Part shown: positions 32,831 to 44,949 of the stretch, piece by piece
Numbering within the stretch: position 1 is the first letter of the stretch
Layout: the number at the start of each line of letters is the position of its first letter
Assembly (NCBI GenBank): GCA_043228905.1
Contig: JBHGNT010000016.1
Span: 13,826,001 to 13,890,000, forward strand
Reading direction: 5' to 3'
Origin: Azolla caroliniana
Taxonomy: Eukaryota > Plantae > Polypodiophyta
Length of the DNA: 64,000 nucleotides
Position numbers and translations under genes: made by a program
The notes under the pieces: generated by a model
What the model saw: the letters and a program-made list of their open reading frames with translations, nothing else
What the model was told of the DNA's origin: nothing
Databases searched by the model: none

Positions 32831-35800
32831 TCATTGTGCCGGATTTCTGGGTTTTGCTTCAACGGGTTGGCTGGCATATTTCCCTTATACGGCTTTAGCC
32901 GAAACCCATTTGCCCATTTACCGATGACTTCTCCAAACAACGTGCCGAGCTGATACGACCCATTGTACTCCTTGGTGATCCAGAACGGTCCGGTCCACCG
33001 AAACCGCAACTTTCCCGGCATGTTCCCCATCCGTGTTTGGAACAGTAGTACCGGTTTCCCGACTTCGAACTCCTTTTCGTTGCCACGCCGGTGTCGGTCC
33101 ACGAAAGCTTTTCTCCTCCTTTGCTCCAGTTCGAGTTGTAGTAAGCTGGCTATTCGGTTTTCTTCTAATTCCAACAACGTCGCCAACCGTATTCGTTCGG
33201 ACTCCTTCTCACTTAAGCGCTCCTTTACCTGTATCCGTAAGCTAGGGATCTGGAACTCTACCGGCATGACCGCTTCTAAACCGAATGCTAGTCGGAACGG
33301 GGTTGTCCGGATGCTCGTTTTGTACGTTGTTCGGTACGCCCATAGCGCGCTCTGCAATTTCGTATCCCAGTCGGTTCGGTTCTCGTTGACGATTTTTCGT
33401 AGGATGTTCTGCAGAGTTTTGTTCGTTGATTCCTCTAGTCCATTGGCTTGAGGGTAGTAGGGAGTACTCCTTTTATGTACCACCACGTAAAATGACGTCA
33501 GGCTTTCTACTACCTGCCCGAGAAAGTGTCCTCCTTGGTCACTTATAACCTCGATCGGGCATCCATACCGGCACCATATGCATTCGTACAGGAACTTTGC
33601 CGTGGACGCGGCCGTGTTGTCTCGTAAGGGCTTCACTTCTACCCATTTGGTGCAGTAGTCGGTCGCCACTATGACATACCGATTTCCGGTTCGCATTGTC
33701 GGTGGCTTGAAGAGACCGACAAAGTCCAAGCCCCACTTTTGAAACGATTCCAATGGCAAGACCGGGTGGTGTGGCATCCGGGCATGCTCCGTGGGTTCGC
33801 CCAGTCGTTGACACAAATCGCATTCTCTGCTATACTTCACGGCATCTTTTAGGGTGGTGGGCCACCACAGTCCGCTCTGCCATATTTTCCGAGCGGTTGC
33901 GTCGCCGGCATAATGCCCGCCGGCAATTCCACAGTGGGCTTCCCTGAGGATTAGATCCTTCTCATCGCTCCGCATTGCTCGTCTCCAGATGCCATCTGCC
34001 CCCTTGTGATAGAGGGTGTCTCCAACCAAGCAGAAATGTCTGCTTCTTACTGCTACCCTTTTCCTTTCATCGCGGTCCATGTACTCCGGGGGTACTCCGG
34101 TGCTCGGGAACTGATGCATCTCAGTTATCCACGTGTCTTCATCGGCTACCGTTGCATCCGTTGCCGGTTTCGTCGTGATCCGGAACAACTCGGCGTCGGG
34201 GAACTCATCCTGGACGCCATCCCCTGCTTCTCCGGATTCGAGTCTGCTTAGGTAGTCCGCTACCGCATGCTGCGCCCCGGGTCGGTGGAAAATGTCGAAT
34301 TCAAATTCCTGTAATAGCAATGTCCATCGTGCAATTTTTCCCGTCAGGGATGCCTTCGAGACCAGGTAGAGTAGTGCCGAATGGTCGACATGGAAGGAAA
34401 ACTTCCTTCCTAGCAGATAGTGCCTGTACTTTGTGACACTATACACCATTCCTAATGCCTCGCGTTCCGTCGTAGAGTAGTTCTGTTCGGCTTTTGAGAG
34501 TTTCCGGCTTGCGTAGTACACCGGTCGGTACCATTTCGGCTCCGTGAGTTGCATCAGAATGCGGCCGATTGCTACGTCCGACGCGTCGACGAAGACGTGA
34601 AAGCTTTTACTCCAATCCGGCGGTTGCACCACCGGAGCTTGCGACAGCATAACCTTCAACTCTTGGTAGGCTTCCTCCTCCGTCTCCGCCCATAGGAAGG
34701 GTACCCTGTCTACAGCGGTATGCAATGGTGTAGCCAAGTCTGCGAGGTGCCGTATCATCCGGCTATGCCACCTTATTTGGCCCAGGAACCGGCTTAAAGC
34801 CTTTGCGTTATTTGGTGCTGGTGCCTCGAGAATTGCCTTTACTTTATCCGGATTCACCGCGATTCCTTCCTTACTCACCACATGCCCTAGTAAGTTGCCG
34901 CTTGCCACTCCAAAGATGCACTTGGCCGGGTTCAGACTCAACCGGTACTCGCGGCACTTCTCCAAGCACAGCCGGAGGTGATCGAGATGCTCTCCGTGCC
35001 GGCTGTAGACCGCGAAATCGTCAAGGAAGACCTGCATAAAACCGGGGATATATTCCCCGAAAATTTCCATTATTATCCTTTGAAAGGTTGCTGGAGCCGT
35101 CTTTAGTCCGAACATCATCACGACCGCGACGAACACTCCCCATTCCGTAACGAACGCTGTCTTCTCCTGGTCGGCCGGGTTCATTCTTATTTGGTTGTAG
35201 CCGCTAAATCCATCCAGGAAGCTGTAAACTTCGTGGCCGGCTACCGCATCTAACACCCCGTCCGTAAATGGTAGTGGAAACGCATCGGTCACTGTTGCGG
35301 CATTTAGTTTGCGGTAGTCCACGCATACCCGGATTTTGCCGTTCTTTTTCGGGACCACCACTATCGGACTCAGCTAGGTTGCCTGCTTGACCGGTCGAAT
35401 AAATCCGACCCGGAGGAGCTTATCAATCTCCTCCTTCACCTTCGCCACATAATTCGGATTCATCCGGTACCTGCGTTGAGCGATCGGTTTCGCGTCCGTA
35501 CTTAGGTGAATTTGGTGCTGATAGAGCTGGGGGTTCAGCCCTCGCATGTCTTCGTATGACCACGCGAACACATCCTTGAAATCTGTTAATAATGCTACCA
35601 TTGCCTTCTTTTCTTCCTTCGGCAATTCCTTTGCGACGTTTACCGGTCGGGGCTTGTCTGTTGTGCCGAGGTCCACCTCCTCTAGTTGGGATGCTTTTAC
35701 CCTTTGGGATATCGTCATTTCCCTCTCTAGGGATTCCTGCGCTTGTCGCAGTTCCCAGATCGCCGCTTGGTCCGGTTCGTCCGGCGTCGTGATGTACGGT

Positions 35801-37929
35801 TCTACTGCCGCCGTGATATCCACCTCAAATAGTGGGACGATTCGTGGGTGTTCCTCGAGATACCTCTCGACTTCCTCATTCGGTAATCCCTCCAACATGT
35901 TGATGCTTTCCACATACAATGGAGTTGCTTCCTTACTGGCGATCACCCGTGGTTGCGTCGTTACTCGTACCTTTGTTTTCCCTCGCCGGAATGTGATCAT
36001 GTTCTTTTGCCAGTTCTGCTTGATATGCGCCGTTCGCAGCCATGGTCGTCCTAGCAGTAGGGGGTACGCGCCTTGTACATTCAGTTGCAGCACCACGGCC
36101 GATATCCGGAATACGTGGCCTCCGATCGTTACTTCCAAATCCCGAATAAGCCCGGTCGGTCAGACTGAGCTGGTATCCGCCATGCGTAACCAGAAGGGGC
36201 ATGGTTCCCATTCCCGGATGCCCAGGTTATCGCAGGTATGTCGGCTGATGACATTTACCCCGGAGCCTCCGTCAATAATCGTTCCAGCAATTTCCTTTCC
36301 TTTCACGATTGTCGTGATCGCCGGGCTACTTGTATCGACCACCGCTGGTCCTTCCTCCGGGTTGGAGAAGAATGCCGGTGCTGGCGTCGGCTTCGGTTTG
36401 TTCACGGATGCCTGTAAGTCTGCCGTAAACCGTGGCACCAACTGCAGTAGTCGTGCTAACGGCAGCACGATTTGACAGTCCTATAGCGCTTGCCACGTCG
36501 GGTTTTCTCCTGGCTATATGCTTTCTTCGTCTTTTGGCATATTTTGGTCTCTTACTTCTGCCGCATTCTGTTCATTGGCCTCCTTGATCCATTGCGCCGC
36601 TTGTTTTCTGATTGCCTCCTGGGCTTCCCACTCGGCGGTCTTTCCCTTTGACCGGGTTGTGACCTGCTGTACTTCTGTTATTTCGGCTGTAACCATGTTG
36701 ACTGCCGGCTGCTTGTCATTGGTTTTTCTTGGGCATTGGTTACTATAATGGCCCTCCTTATGGCAGTAATAACAGTACACCTTGTGACTGTTGCTCGTTT
36801 CTCCTTTGTCCCCGGTTTGGAGGGTGGGTATACTTCGGCGGTCGTCTTCGGTTTTTCGGTTATCCGGTACCGATACCGGGTTGTCATTCCTTGCTGCCTC
36901 CCGACGTTCCTCTCTTCGGAAAAATCCACGCTTCTGATTCCGTCGGAAATTTCGGTTCCCTTGTCGCCTCTCTTCTCTGCGTCATTCGTATTCCGGGGAT
37001 TCGTCTCGGTCGTACCGGTCCCGGGGGTAGCTATCTCTGCGTTTCTCCTCTCGGTCATAGTTATCGCGTCTTCTATCAGTGTATCTGTTACCGCGTTCGC
37101 GTTGGTAGCGGTCGTCTCTCCGGAATCGATCCTCATCCTGGTTCTGATTGCGCGGTTCTATGTGTCGAACCGGTGCTGCCTGCCGATTTAACAGGTTATA
37201 TTCGCATCGGTCCGTTGTATGGGCTCGAGAGTTGCAGATCATACATTGTGTCCGCAGGGTGCAGTCTACCGTTGAGTGGCCCGAATTTAGGCATGTTGTG
37301 CATTGTAAGGCCTGTTGGAACCTCAGGTCTTCCTCCTTCGGGAGTGCCCGGTGTAACATCCCCATCGACAAGAAGGAGCTAGTCTTGTCCATTTCTAAGA
37401 CCCGATCAATAACTTGGTCCATTGTGCTGGTGCGGAAATCAAGGACTCCGCACATTGTTCGAAGTGGCTCTTTCAGCGCGGCCAAAAAGACTGCTTCGGC
37501 TTCGTCTTCGTCTTCGGGTGGTGCTCTCGTCAGTTGGCTGTGCAGGGTCTGAAACCGAATGATGAATTGTGGCACAATCTCGTTCTCTTCCTGCCGGGTG
37601 GTGTAGAACTGCCCGACCAATTCCCTTTGCCCAACTTGTCTGTGAAAAAGCCTGAGGAATTTGTCCTTCAAGGCATCGAATGTGGCAAAGCTACCCGGTA
37701 AGTGCTTTGCGTGCCATCGGGCCGCTGGTCCTTCTAAGGTCATGCCGAATTCGGCGACTTTGGATCGTTCGGCTTCGGGCTCCGTCAGCCTTTGGGAGAC
37801 ATGGTTGGCTTCCCATGTTTGGAGGAATGCGTACACGTGTGCCTCCGCGTCGGGCTCATCCCGGTACTTTGGGTATGGGTACGGCATCGTGTCGTCCAAC
37901 TGACTCTCCTGCTTTCTCCGATGTCTGTC

Positions 37930-38130
37930 CGCTGTTGGCGTCAGTGTGAGAACCTTTGGTTCCTCTGCGGTTGGTGCCAATATCCGCTCCTTCAGTTCCT
38001 CCGCGGGTGTTGCCGGTGTCCGGTCCTTTGGTTCCTCCGCGGGTGTTGTCGGTATTTGCTCCTTCGGTTCCTTCGCGGGTGTTGTCGATATCCGCTCCTT
38101 CGGTTCCTTCGCGGGTGTTGTCGGTATCCG
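37930..38130. repeat. 39-bp coding tandem repeat (TPA[KE]EPK[ED]RI) in gag
   Basis: About 5 units of GGTTCCT(T/C)CGCGGGTGTTG. Confidence 0.85.
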
Positions 38131-38604
38131 GTCAGCCTCCCTCGGCGATTGCCGGTCACCAAACTCCAAGGTTATTTCTTCCTCTGGCTCCGGTGTTACT
38201 GAGTCTTCCGACCCCTCTTGCCCCGGGTCGTTTGGTGTGTCATGGTTGCTTTTATACCGGGACGCAACGCTTCCGTCGCTTTCCGACTCCGCCTCAAGTG
38301 TTGCGAATGCTTCCAAGTCCCCGTCGCCCCCGGCGAACATCTGTAGTATCATTTCCGCCTCTTGCAGGCTTGTTATGCTACTGCCTTCGTCGAGGACTTG
38401 CAGAACCCGGAACTGCAGTGCTTCTTCTGCGACTCTCCGAAGAGTTCTGGAGAATGACCGATCTCGCCGGATCTCGTCGACAACTTGCTGCAGGGCTTCC
38501 CGTCGTTGCTCTCGTTCGGTGTATCGTCTCCCTCGTTCGGTGATGTGGTCGTCGTTTGGTCTAGACATCCATCCCCCGGTTGTCCTCTGCACTTTGCAGG
38601 AATC

Positions 38605-38614
38605 GTGGTCGCCA
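38605..38614 (-). other. Primer binding site, tRNA-Arg type
   Basis: TGGCGACCAC 6 nt downstream of the 5' LTR; complementary to the recalled plant tRNA-Arg(UCG) end GTGGTCGCCA. Confidence 0.8.
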
Positions 38615-39728
38615 AAATAGTGTTGTCTGCCTGGCCGGACTAGCCTCAACACAGGTGTCTATCCGACACTTCTCCAAAGGGGTGGTAAGGATTGGATGCT
38701 AGGTTACACGCGTAAGATGATTACACTAAGCACAAACAGTAAAACAATACAAAGATACAGATAAACACGCAATAATTCTATTTGTATTACTTCTGTAAAC
38801 CCTTTACAAATCATCGGATCCTTTTATAGGCATCCGACAAGGTTACAATCGGTGCGCTTAGGCAACCGGCATCCGAATCGGTCCGGATCCGAATCGGTAC
38901 AACTGTACCGGATCCGTCCCTCCGAATAATAATTATACTATTATTTACTTCCTATTATCCGATCCGACTCCGCCTTCACACTTGTCCTTGCTCTTCTGAC
39001 CGGTCAACAAGTAGCTACAACCACTCTCTGTTGTAACCGCTGTCTGGCGAAGATCGCGAGCACGAGGTTGTTGCCTCTGAGCCTCCACTTTGTATTTCCT
39101 CTCATATAGTGATAGTTGGAGTCCGTGGGCTCCCGTGGTTTTTCCCTATTAGGGTTTTCCACGTAAACATCATGTGTCATTTCTATGTTCTCTCTTTAGT
39201 TCCCATTTCTATGTTCTCCATTCTCATCGAAGTGTTCAAGACTCGGTTGTGGCCGATCAATATTCCGCATTTTTTCTCAACATAACCAACATACCAATGT
39301 GTAACTCATGTAGATTGCCTTGCCACCTCTCCTCTCCAGCATGTGATAATCTTGGTACCACGTAAATATCTCTTTGTCGTGGACGAACAAGATTATTCAA
39401 TTCAAGATTATCTGGTGGTTGTACAGGAGTCGTGCTTTCCATTGATGGGCCACCAAGTTCCCATTCAAATGGATTTTGTAGTGGCCAATACCCTGTAAAG
39501 TGGTTATCTAATATTGTATATTGATGATTAAAGATGGCATCCCACCAATCCACATCCTGATCACCAGCGTACTTTGTGGTTCGCTCAATATTTTTCTATT
39601 TTTCCTCAAGGCACCACATCCAATATATCTTTTGCTCTTCAATTGAACTACCAACAGCCAATCTTTTATGGTCATCATAGGGCATTTGCTCAGAACCATA
39701 GATTACTACATCTGGGAAATGCAATAAG

Positions 39729-42700
39729 TGTTGGGATTACGGTCCCTTCGGATGGGATGGTCGGATGTCGGAGATGAATGCCGACAAGCCCGGTTGCGGT
39801 TTCGGAACCGGATGATGAAGACCCCGACTTCGGAGCCGGATGACGAATGTACCCGGAGAGAGATCCGGATGCGGGGACATATCTGTGAATATGTTTGCCA
39901 AGGGCCCTTGAGGCTATAGTTGTAAATAGCCCCAAAGTCATATGTGTATAAATATGACTTAGGGCAAACAGTTTTAAATGAGCTACTCATTTTTCTGTTT
40001 TTCCACTCAAGAGGAGTGAAGAGAGAGCAGCCGTGAGAGAGATAGAGCGTGAGAGAGGAAGAGGTCGACGCCTCTGTGTATTTCCGCCGCCTATGGCGAG
40101 GACAGCGAGCTCAAGGTCGTCGCCTTGCAGCTCGCCATTGTATATTTCTCTGTGCATAGTTTTGGTTTGGAGTCTTGTACTCCCGTGGTTTTTCCCGTAC
40201 AGGGTTTTCCACGTTAAATCGTGTGTCCACTCTATTTTTTCGCATTTCCCATTTTCTGCAACAACGATTCGTGTGTTTCCTTGGTTGTGGCCGAGAGGTG
40301 AAATAATCGTAGGAGACGTTTATTTCCATCAATTTGGTATCAGAGCGAGCTGCTGCAGAAAATGGAAGGCGGCGGCAGCGGGCAGCCGGGGATCATGGTG
40401 CTGAATGCGCAGAATTACGCCGACTGGAAGATCAAGATGGAGGATCTTCTGATTGTTCGGGACCTGTACGAACCGATTGACAGGTCGGAAATACCGAAGG
40501 GGGTACTTGAGTCGGAATGGAGGCTTCTGAACCGGAAAGCCGTTGCAACCATTCGGCAATACGTCGACGTGAGCGTTCTACAACATGTGGCGAATGACAC
40601 CAACGCATATGAGATGTGGCGGAAGCTGTCGGGCCTCTACGAGAGGAAGAATGCGTTGAACCGGACCTCCCTGATGAGGAAGATAGTGAACCTCAAGTAC
40701 CGGGACGGCGAGAGTATGGTGGAACACGTAAGCACGTTCATGGGATTCGTGAACCAGCTTGCGGCGATCAAGTTCCCGTTGGAGGATGCAATGCAAGCCA
40801 TCATTCTGATGTGTACATTGCCGGAAAGCTGGGAGAACTTGGTGGTGACTCTCAGCACCTCTTGCACCGAAGATAACTTGTCCCTACAAACGGTAAAGAC
40901 AAGTATTTTGAACGAAGAAGCGAGTCGGAGAGATAAAGAACCGGCCTCCGATCCAAAGATGTTGTTTACCGAATCGGATCGGGGAAGACAACGGAACCGG
41001 AGTCCGCAAAGACGGGAGAAGTCGGGGACCCGGTCGCAGTCAAGAGGAAGGCCCACATGCTTCCACTGTGGGAAGCCGGGGGCCACGGACCGGAATGGTT
41101 CGGATCGGCGAGGGCAGGACCGGAAAGGAACGACGGCACTCGCGGCAAGCGAAGAGGAGATCATGCTCATCACCGAAGAAGGTGAACTAAACATTGCCGG
41201 CGATGAGACTACCTGGGTGGTCGATTCCGGAGCGTCGTTCCACCTGACCCCGGAAAGAAGATACTTCTCATCCTACACAGCCGGTGAGCATGGCTGTGTT
41301 CGGATGGGAAATGAAGGTACGTGCCGGATTGCCGGCATAGGAGACGTGTGGTTGACAACCCCGACCGGATGCAAAATGCTGCTGAAGGATGTCCGACACG
41401 TTCCGGAGGTTCAATTGAACCTGATTTCGGCCGGGAGGCTAGACGATGAAGGCTACACAGGTAGCATCCGGAACGGCGTAATGAAGTTCAGCAAGGGGAG
41501 CCTGATAGTGGATCGGGCCCGGAAAGTCAACACACTGTACCTGATGAATGCCCGGTTATGTCCGGAAGAGCTGAATGTGGCAGCCGACACTGCCGGTGAG
41601 CTGTGGCACAAAAGACTGTGCCACATGAGTGAGAAGGGGATGAAGAGGCTTGCAGAAGACAACCTTATTCCAGTGAAGCATGTGCACCTGGAGAAGTGCA
41701 CCGATTGCCTGGCCGGTAAGCAGAACCGAACCTCCTTCCACTCCAGGCCACCGACGAGACGTAGCGCACCATTGGAGTTGGTGCACACTGATGTGTGTCA
41801 GGTAGAAACGAAGTCACATGGCGGAGCCCAGTACTTCGTAACATTCATAGATGATCATAGCCGAAAACTGTGGACGGCACCGATGAAGACAAAGGACCAA
41901 GTGTTGTCCATCTTCAAAGAACTCCACGCGAGAGTGGAAAGAGAATCCGGCAAGAAGCTGAAAGCGATACGAGCGGATAACGGAGGGGAATACCGGGGGC
42001 AGTTCACGGAGTACTGTCGCTCGAAAGGAATCCGGCTCGAGTTTACTGTGCCGAAGATGCCGGAACTGAACGGGCTGGCCGAGAGGATGAACCGGACCAT
42101 AATGGAGAGGGTCCGGAGTATGCTGGCGCATGCGGAATTACCCAAGGGGTTTTGGGCTGAGGCGATGTCGACGGCGACATACGTGATAAACAGATCACCC
42201 TCAGTACCTTTGGACGGAGACACGCCGCAGAGAGTGTGGACCGGTAGGGAAGTATCCTACTGGCATCTGAAGGTGTTCGGGTGTCTCGCATACGTGCATG
42301 TGGCAAAGGACCGGAGAGGAAAGCTAGATCCAAAGACCCGGCCATGCATATTCCTCGGTTACGGCGACGACGAGTTCGGCTACCGAGTATGGGACCCGGT
42401 CGACAAGAAGATATTCAGGAGTCGAGACATCATCTTCATGGAGGACAAGACACTCGCCGACTGGGAGTCGGAGAAGAAGATGAAGAGCTCAAAGTCGACC
42501 GGTGAGGATCAACTCTACGAGGAGCAGTCCCGACCGGCAAGGGACCGGTTAGCACTCGAGGATCCGGCCGAAGACGGTGAAGAAACAGAACCGGCCGAAG
42601 AAGATGAAAATGATACCGGAACCGGCCCCGATCCCGAAATGGATTCGGATGAAGAAGAATCGGAAGAACTGGTTACCGAAGCTCCGGAACGGAGATATCC

Positions 42701-44949
42701 TCTAAGAGAGAGAAGGGCCCCCCGGAGATTTCCGGAACCAGAGCACGTGCTGCTAACCAACGAAGGGGAGCCAGAGAGCTTTGAAGAAGCAAAGCATGAC
42801 ACCCAGAGCCGCAGGTGGTTGAGTGCCATGCAGGACGAGATGGATTCCCTGCATGAGAACCACACATATGAACTTGTGGAGTTGCCGAAAGGAAAGCGGG
42901 CACTTCGAAACAAGTGGGTGTTCAAGCTGAAACCGGGAGATGCCGGAAACCCCCCGAGATACAAAGCCAGGATCGTGGTGAAGGGGTTTCAGCAGAAGAA
43001 GGGCGTCGACTTCGACGAGATATTTGCCCCGGTAGTAAAGATGACCTCCATCCGGACGGTGCTGAGCATAGCGGCAAGCATGGACCTCGAGGTAGAACAG
43101 ATGGACGTGAAGACGGCATTCCTTCATGGCGACCTCGAAGAAGAGATTTACATGCAGCAACCCGAAGGATTCGAGAAGAAAGGGAAGGAGCACCTGGTAT
43201 GCCGGTTGAAGAAGAGCCTTTACGGACTGAAGCAGGCTCCCCGGCAATGGTACCGGAAGTTCGACTCCTTCATGACCGACGAAGGGTACCTCAAAACGCA
43301 GTCCGACCACTGCGTGTTTGTGAAGAAGTTCGAAGGAGGAGACTCTCTAATACTCCTCCTGTACGTGGACGACATGTTGATCGTCGGACGGGACCAGGTC
43401 AAGATACGGATGCTAAAGAAGGCTCTTCACCGAACCTTCTCAATGAAGGACTTGGGTCCGGCGAGACAAATACTAGGGATGCACATCATCCGGGACCGGA
43501 GCAAGAAGCAGTTGTGGCTGTCACAGGAGAAGTACGTGACAAAGGTGCTTAAACGGTTCAACATGTCGGAAGCAAGACCGGTCGGATCGACCCTCCCGGC
43601 AAACTGCAAGCTGTCCAGCAAGCAAAGTCCCAAGACAAAGGCTGAGAAGGAGGACATGATGAAAGTGCCATATGCCTCTGCCGTCGGAAGCCTGATGTAC
43701 GCGATGGTGTGTACAAGACCGGACATTGGATACGCAGTCGGAGTGGTGAGCCGGTACATGAGCAATCCCGGCAAAGAGCATTGGAACGCGGCCAAGTGGA
43801 TACTCCGATACCTGAAGGGCACGGCAAACGTGTGCCTCCGATTCGGCTCCGGTAAGCCCGAACTCGACGGCTTCACCGATTCGGATATGTCGGCTGATGC
43901 AGATACCAGCCGGTCCACATCAAGGTATGTGATGACGTATGCAGGGGGAGCTGTTTCATGGCAGTCGAGGCTGCAGAAGACGGTTGCGTTGTCAACCACG
44001 GAGGCGGAGTACATGGCAGCTGTTGAAGCCGGCAAGGAAATAATATGGATGAAGGACTTCATTAGAGAGCTCGGGATCCGGCAGGAGGAGTACCGACTCT
44101 ACTGCGATAGTCAGAGTGCCATCCACCTTGCGAAGAACGCGGCCTATCACTCCCGGACGAAGCACATCCAGCGAAGATATCACTGGATCCGGGAAAGGAT
44201 AGAAGACAAGGATTTCGTGCTGACGAAGGTCCACACGGACGAGAACGGGTCGGATATGCTGACCAAGGTGCTCACACCCGACAAGCTGGAAGCATGCCGG
44301 AAGAGGATCGGATTGGAGAGACATCCCATGCCGAAGTGAAGGGGGAGTTTGTTGGGATTACGGTCCCTTCGGATGGGATGGTCGGATGTCGGAGATGAAT
44401 GCCGACAAGCCCGGTTGCGGTTTCGGAACCGGATGATGAAGACCCCGACTTCGGAGCCGGATGACGAATGTACCCGGAGAGAGATCCGGATGCGGGGACA
44501 TATCTGTGAATATGTTTGCCAAGGGCCCTTGAGGCTATAGTTGTAAATAGCCCCAAAGTCATATGTGTATAAATATGACTTAGGGCAAATAGTTTTAAAT
44601 GAGCTACTCATTTTTCTGTTTTTCCACTCAAGAGTGAAGAGAGAGCAGCCGTGAGAGAGATAGAGCGTGAGAGAGGAAGAGGTCGACGCCTCTGTGTATT
44701 TCCGCCGCCTGTGGCGAGGACAGCGAGCTCAAGGTCGTCGCCTTGCAGCTCGCCATTGTATATTTCTCTGTGCATAGTTTTGGTTTGGAGTCTTGTACTC
44801 CCGTGGTTTTTCCCGTACAGGGTTTTCCACGTTAAATCGTGTGTCCACTCTATTTTTTCGCATTTCCCATTTTCTGCAACAACGATTCGTGTGTTTCCTT
44901 GGTTGTGGCCGAGAGGTGAAATAATCGTAGGAGACGTTTATTTCCATCA
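39729..44949 (+). mobile_element. Young full-length Ty1/Copia element, 5221 bp
   Basis: LTRs 39729-40331 and 44350-44949 (2 substitutions and a 3-bp indel seen); TSD ATAAG; PBS TGGTATCAGAGC (tRNA-iMet) 40335-40346; PPT GAAGGGGGAG. Confidence 0.98.
40362..44339 (+). CDS. Copia gag-PR-INT-RT-RH polyprotein, 1325 aa
   Basis: Uninterrupted ORF; WVVDSGAS, LWHKRLCH, LVHTD..DNGGEY..AER, YVDDML, TDSD..EAEY..CDSQSA. Confidence 0.97.
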   Translation: MEGGGSGQPGIMVLNAQNYADWKIKMEDLLIVRDLYEPIDRSEIPKGVLESEWRLLNRKAVATIRQYVDVSVLQHVANDTNAYEMWRKLSGLYERKNALNRTSLMRKIVNLKYRDGESMVEHVSTFMGFVNQLAAIKFPLEDAMQAIILMCTLPESWENLVVTLSTSCTEDNLSLQTVKTSILNEEASRRDKEPASDPKMLFTESDRGRQRNRSPQRREKSGTRSQSRGRPTCFHCGKPGATDRNGSDRRGQDRKGTTALAASEEEIMLITEEGELNIAGDETTWVVDSGASFHLTPERRYFSSYTAGEHGCVRMGNEGTCRIAGIGDVWLTTPTGCKMLLKDVRHVPEVQLNLISAGRLDDEGYTGSIRNGVMKFSKGSLIVDRARKVNTLYLMNARLCPEELNVAADTAGELWHKRLCHMSEKGMKRLAEDNLIPVKHVHLEKCTDCLAGKQNRTSFHSRPPTRRSAPLELVHTDVCQVETKSHGGAQYFVTFIDDHSRKLWTAPMKTKDQVLSIFKELHARVERESGKKLKAIRADNGGEYRGQFTEYCRSKGIRLEFTVPKMPELNGLAERMNRTIMERVRSMLAHAELPKGFWAEAMSTATYVINRSPSVPLDGDTPQRVWTGREVSYWHLKVFGCLAYVHVAKDRRGKLDPKTRPCIFLGYGDDEFGYRVWDPVDKKIFRSRDIIFMEDKTLADWESEKKMKSSKSTGEDQLYEEQSRPARDRLALEDPAEDGEETEPAEEDENDTGTGPDPEMDSDEEESEELVTEAPERRYPLRERRAPRRFPEPEHVLLTNEGEPESFEEAKHDTQSRRWLSAMQDEMDSLHENHTYELVELPKGKRALRNKWVFKLKPGDAGNPPRYKARIVVKGFQQKKGVDFDEIFAPVVKMTSIRTVLSIAASMDLEVEQMDVKTAFLHGDLEEEIYMQQPEGFEKKGKEHLVCRLKKSLYGLKQAPRQWYRKFDSFMTDEGYLKTQSDHCVFVKKFEGGDSLILLLYVDDMLIVGRDQVKIRMLKKALHRTFSMKDLGPARQILGMHIIRDRSKKQLWLSQEKYVTKVLKRFNMSEARPVGSTLPANCKLSSKQSPKTKAEKEDMMKVPYASAVGSLMYAMVCTRPDIGYAVGVVSRYMSNPGKEHWNAAKWILRYLKGTANVCLRFGSGKPELDGFTDSDMSADADTSRSTSRYVMTYAGGAVSWQSRLQKTVALSTTEAEYMAAVEAGKEIIWMKDFIRELGIRQEEYRLYCDSQSAIHLAKNAAYHSRTKHIQRRYHWIRERIEDKDFVLTKVHTDENGSDMLTKVLTPDKLEACRKRIGLERHPMPK

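Larger units (their letters stand above)
32638..38568 (-). pseudogene. Single-frame gag-PR-RT-RH-INT polyprotein (about 1976 codons) with premature stops
   Basis: All ORF pieces share one frame; three CCHC knuckles, IIDGGSG protease, FLDD, FVDASD, HCGIAGGH..CDLC, KWGLDF, WTGPF. Confidence 0.93.
28883..39009 (-). mobile_element. Full-length Athila-like (OTA clade) Ty3/Gypsy element, 10127 bp, with an extra 3' ORF
   Basis: LTRs 28883-29246 (364 bp) and 38621-39009 (389 bp, 25-bp indel); TSD AGTAG (28878-28882 and 39010-39014); PBS at 38605-38614. Confidence 0.96.
28598..39282 (+). repeat. Copia 3' LTR split by the Athila-like insertion (28598-28882 plus 39015 to about 39282)
   Basis: PPT GAAGTGAAGGTGGAG then TGTTGGG; both halves match the reverse complement of LTR 53449-54013; right end approximate. 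Confidence 0.82.

Noticed and set aside
35546-36475. Long antisense ORFs over pol genes (also 15392-16102, 31308-32042, 37946-38620, 43427-44062)
   Set aside because: Shadow frames of GC-rich coding sequence with no independent motifs
38569-38652. N-terminal extension of gag (MLRLVRPGRQHY...)
   Set aside because: Starts inside the LTR and crosses the PBS; the ATG at 38568 is the plausible start
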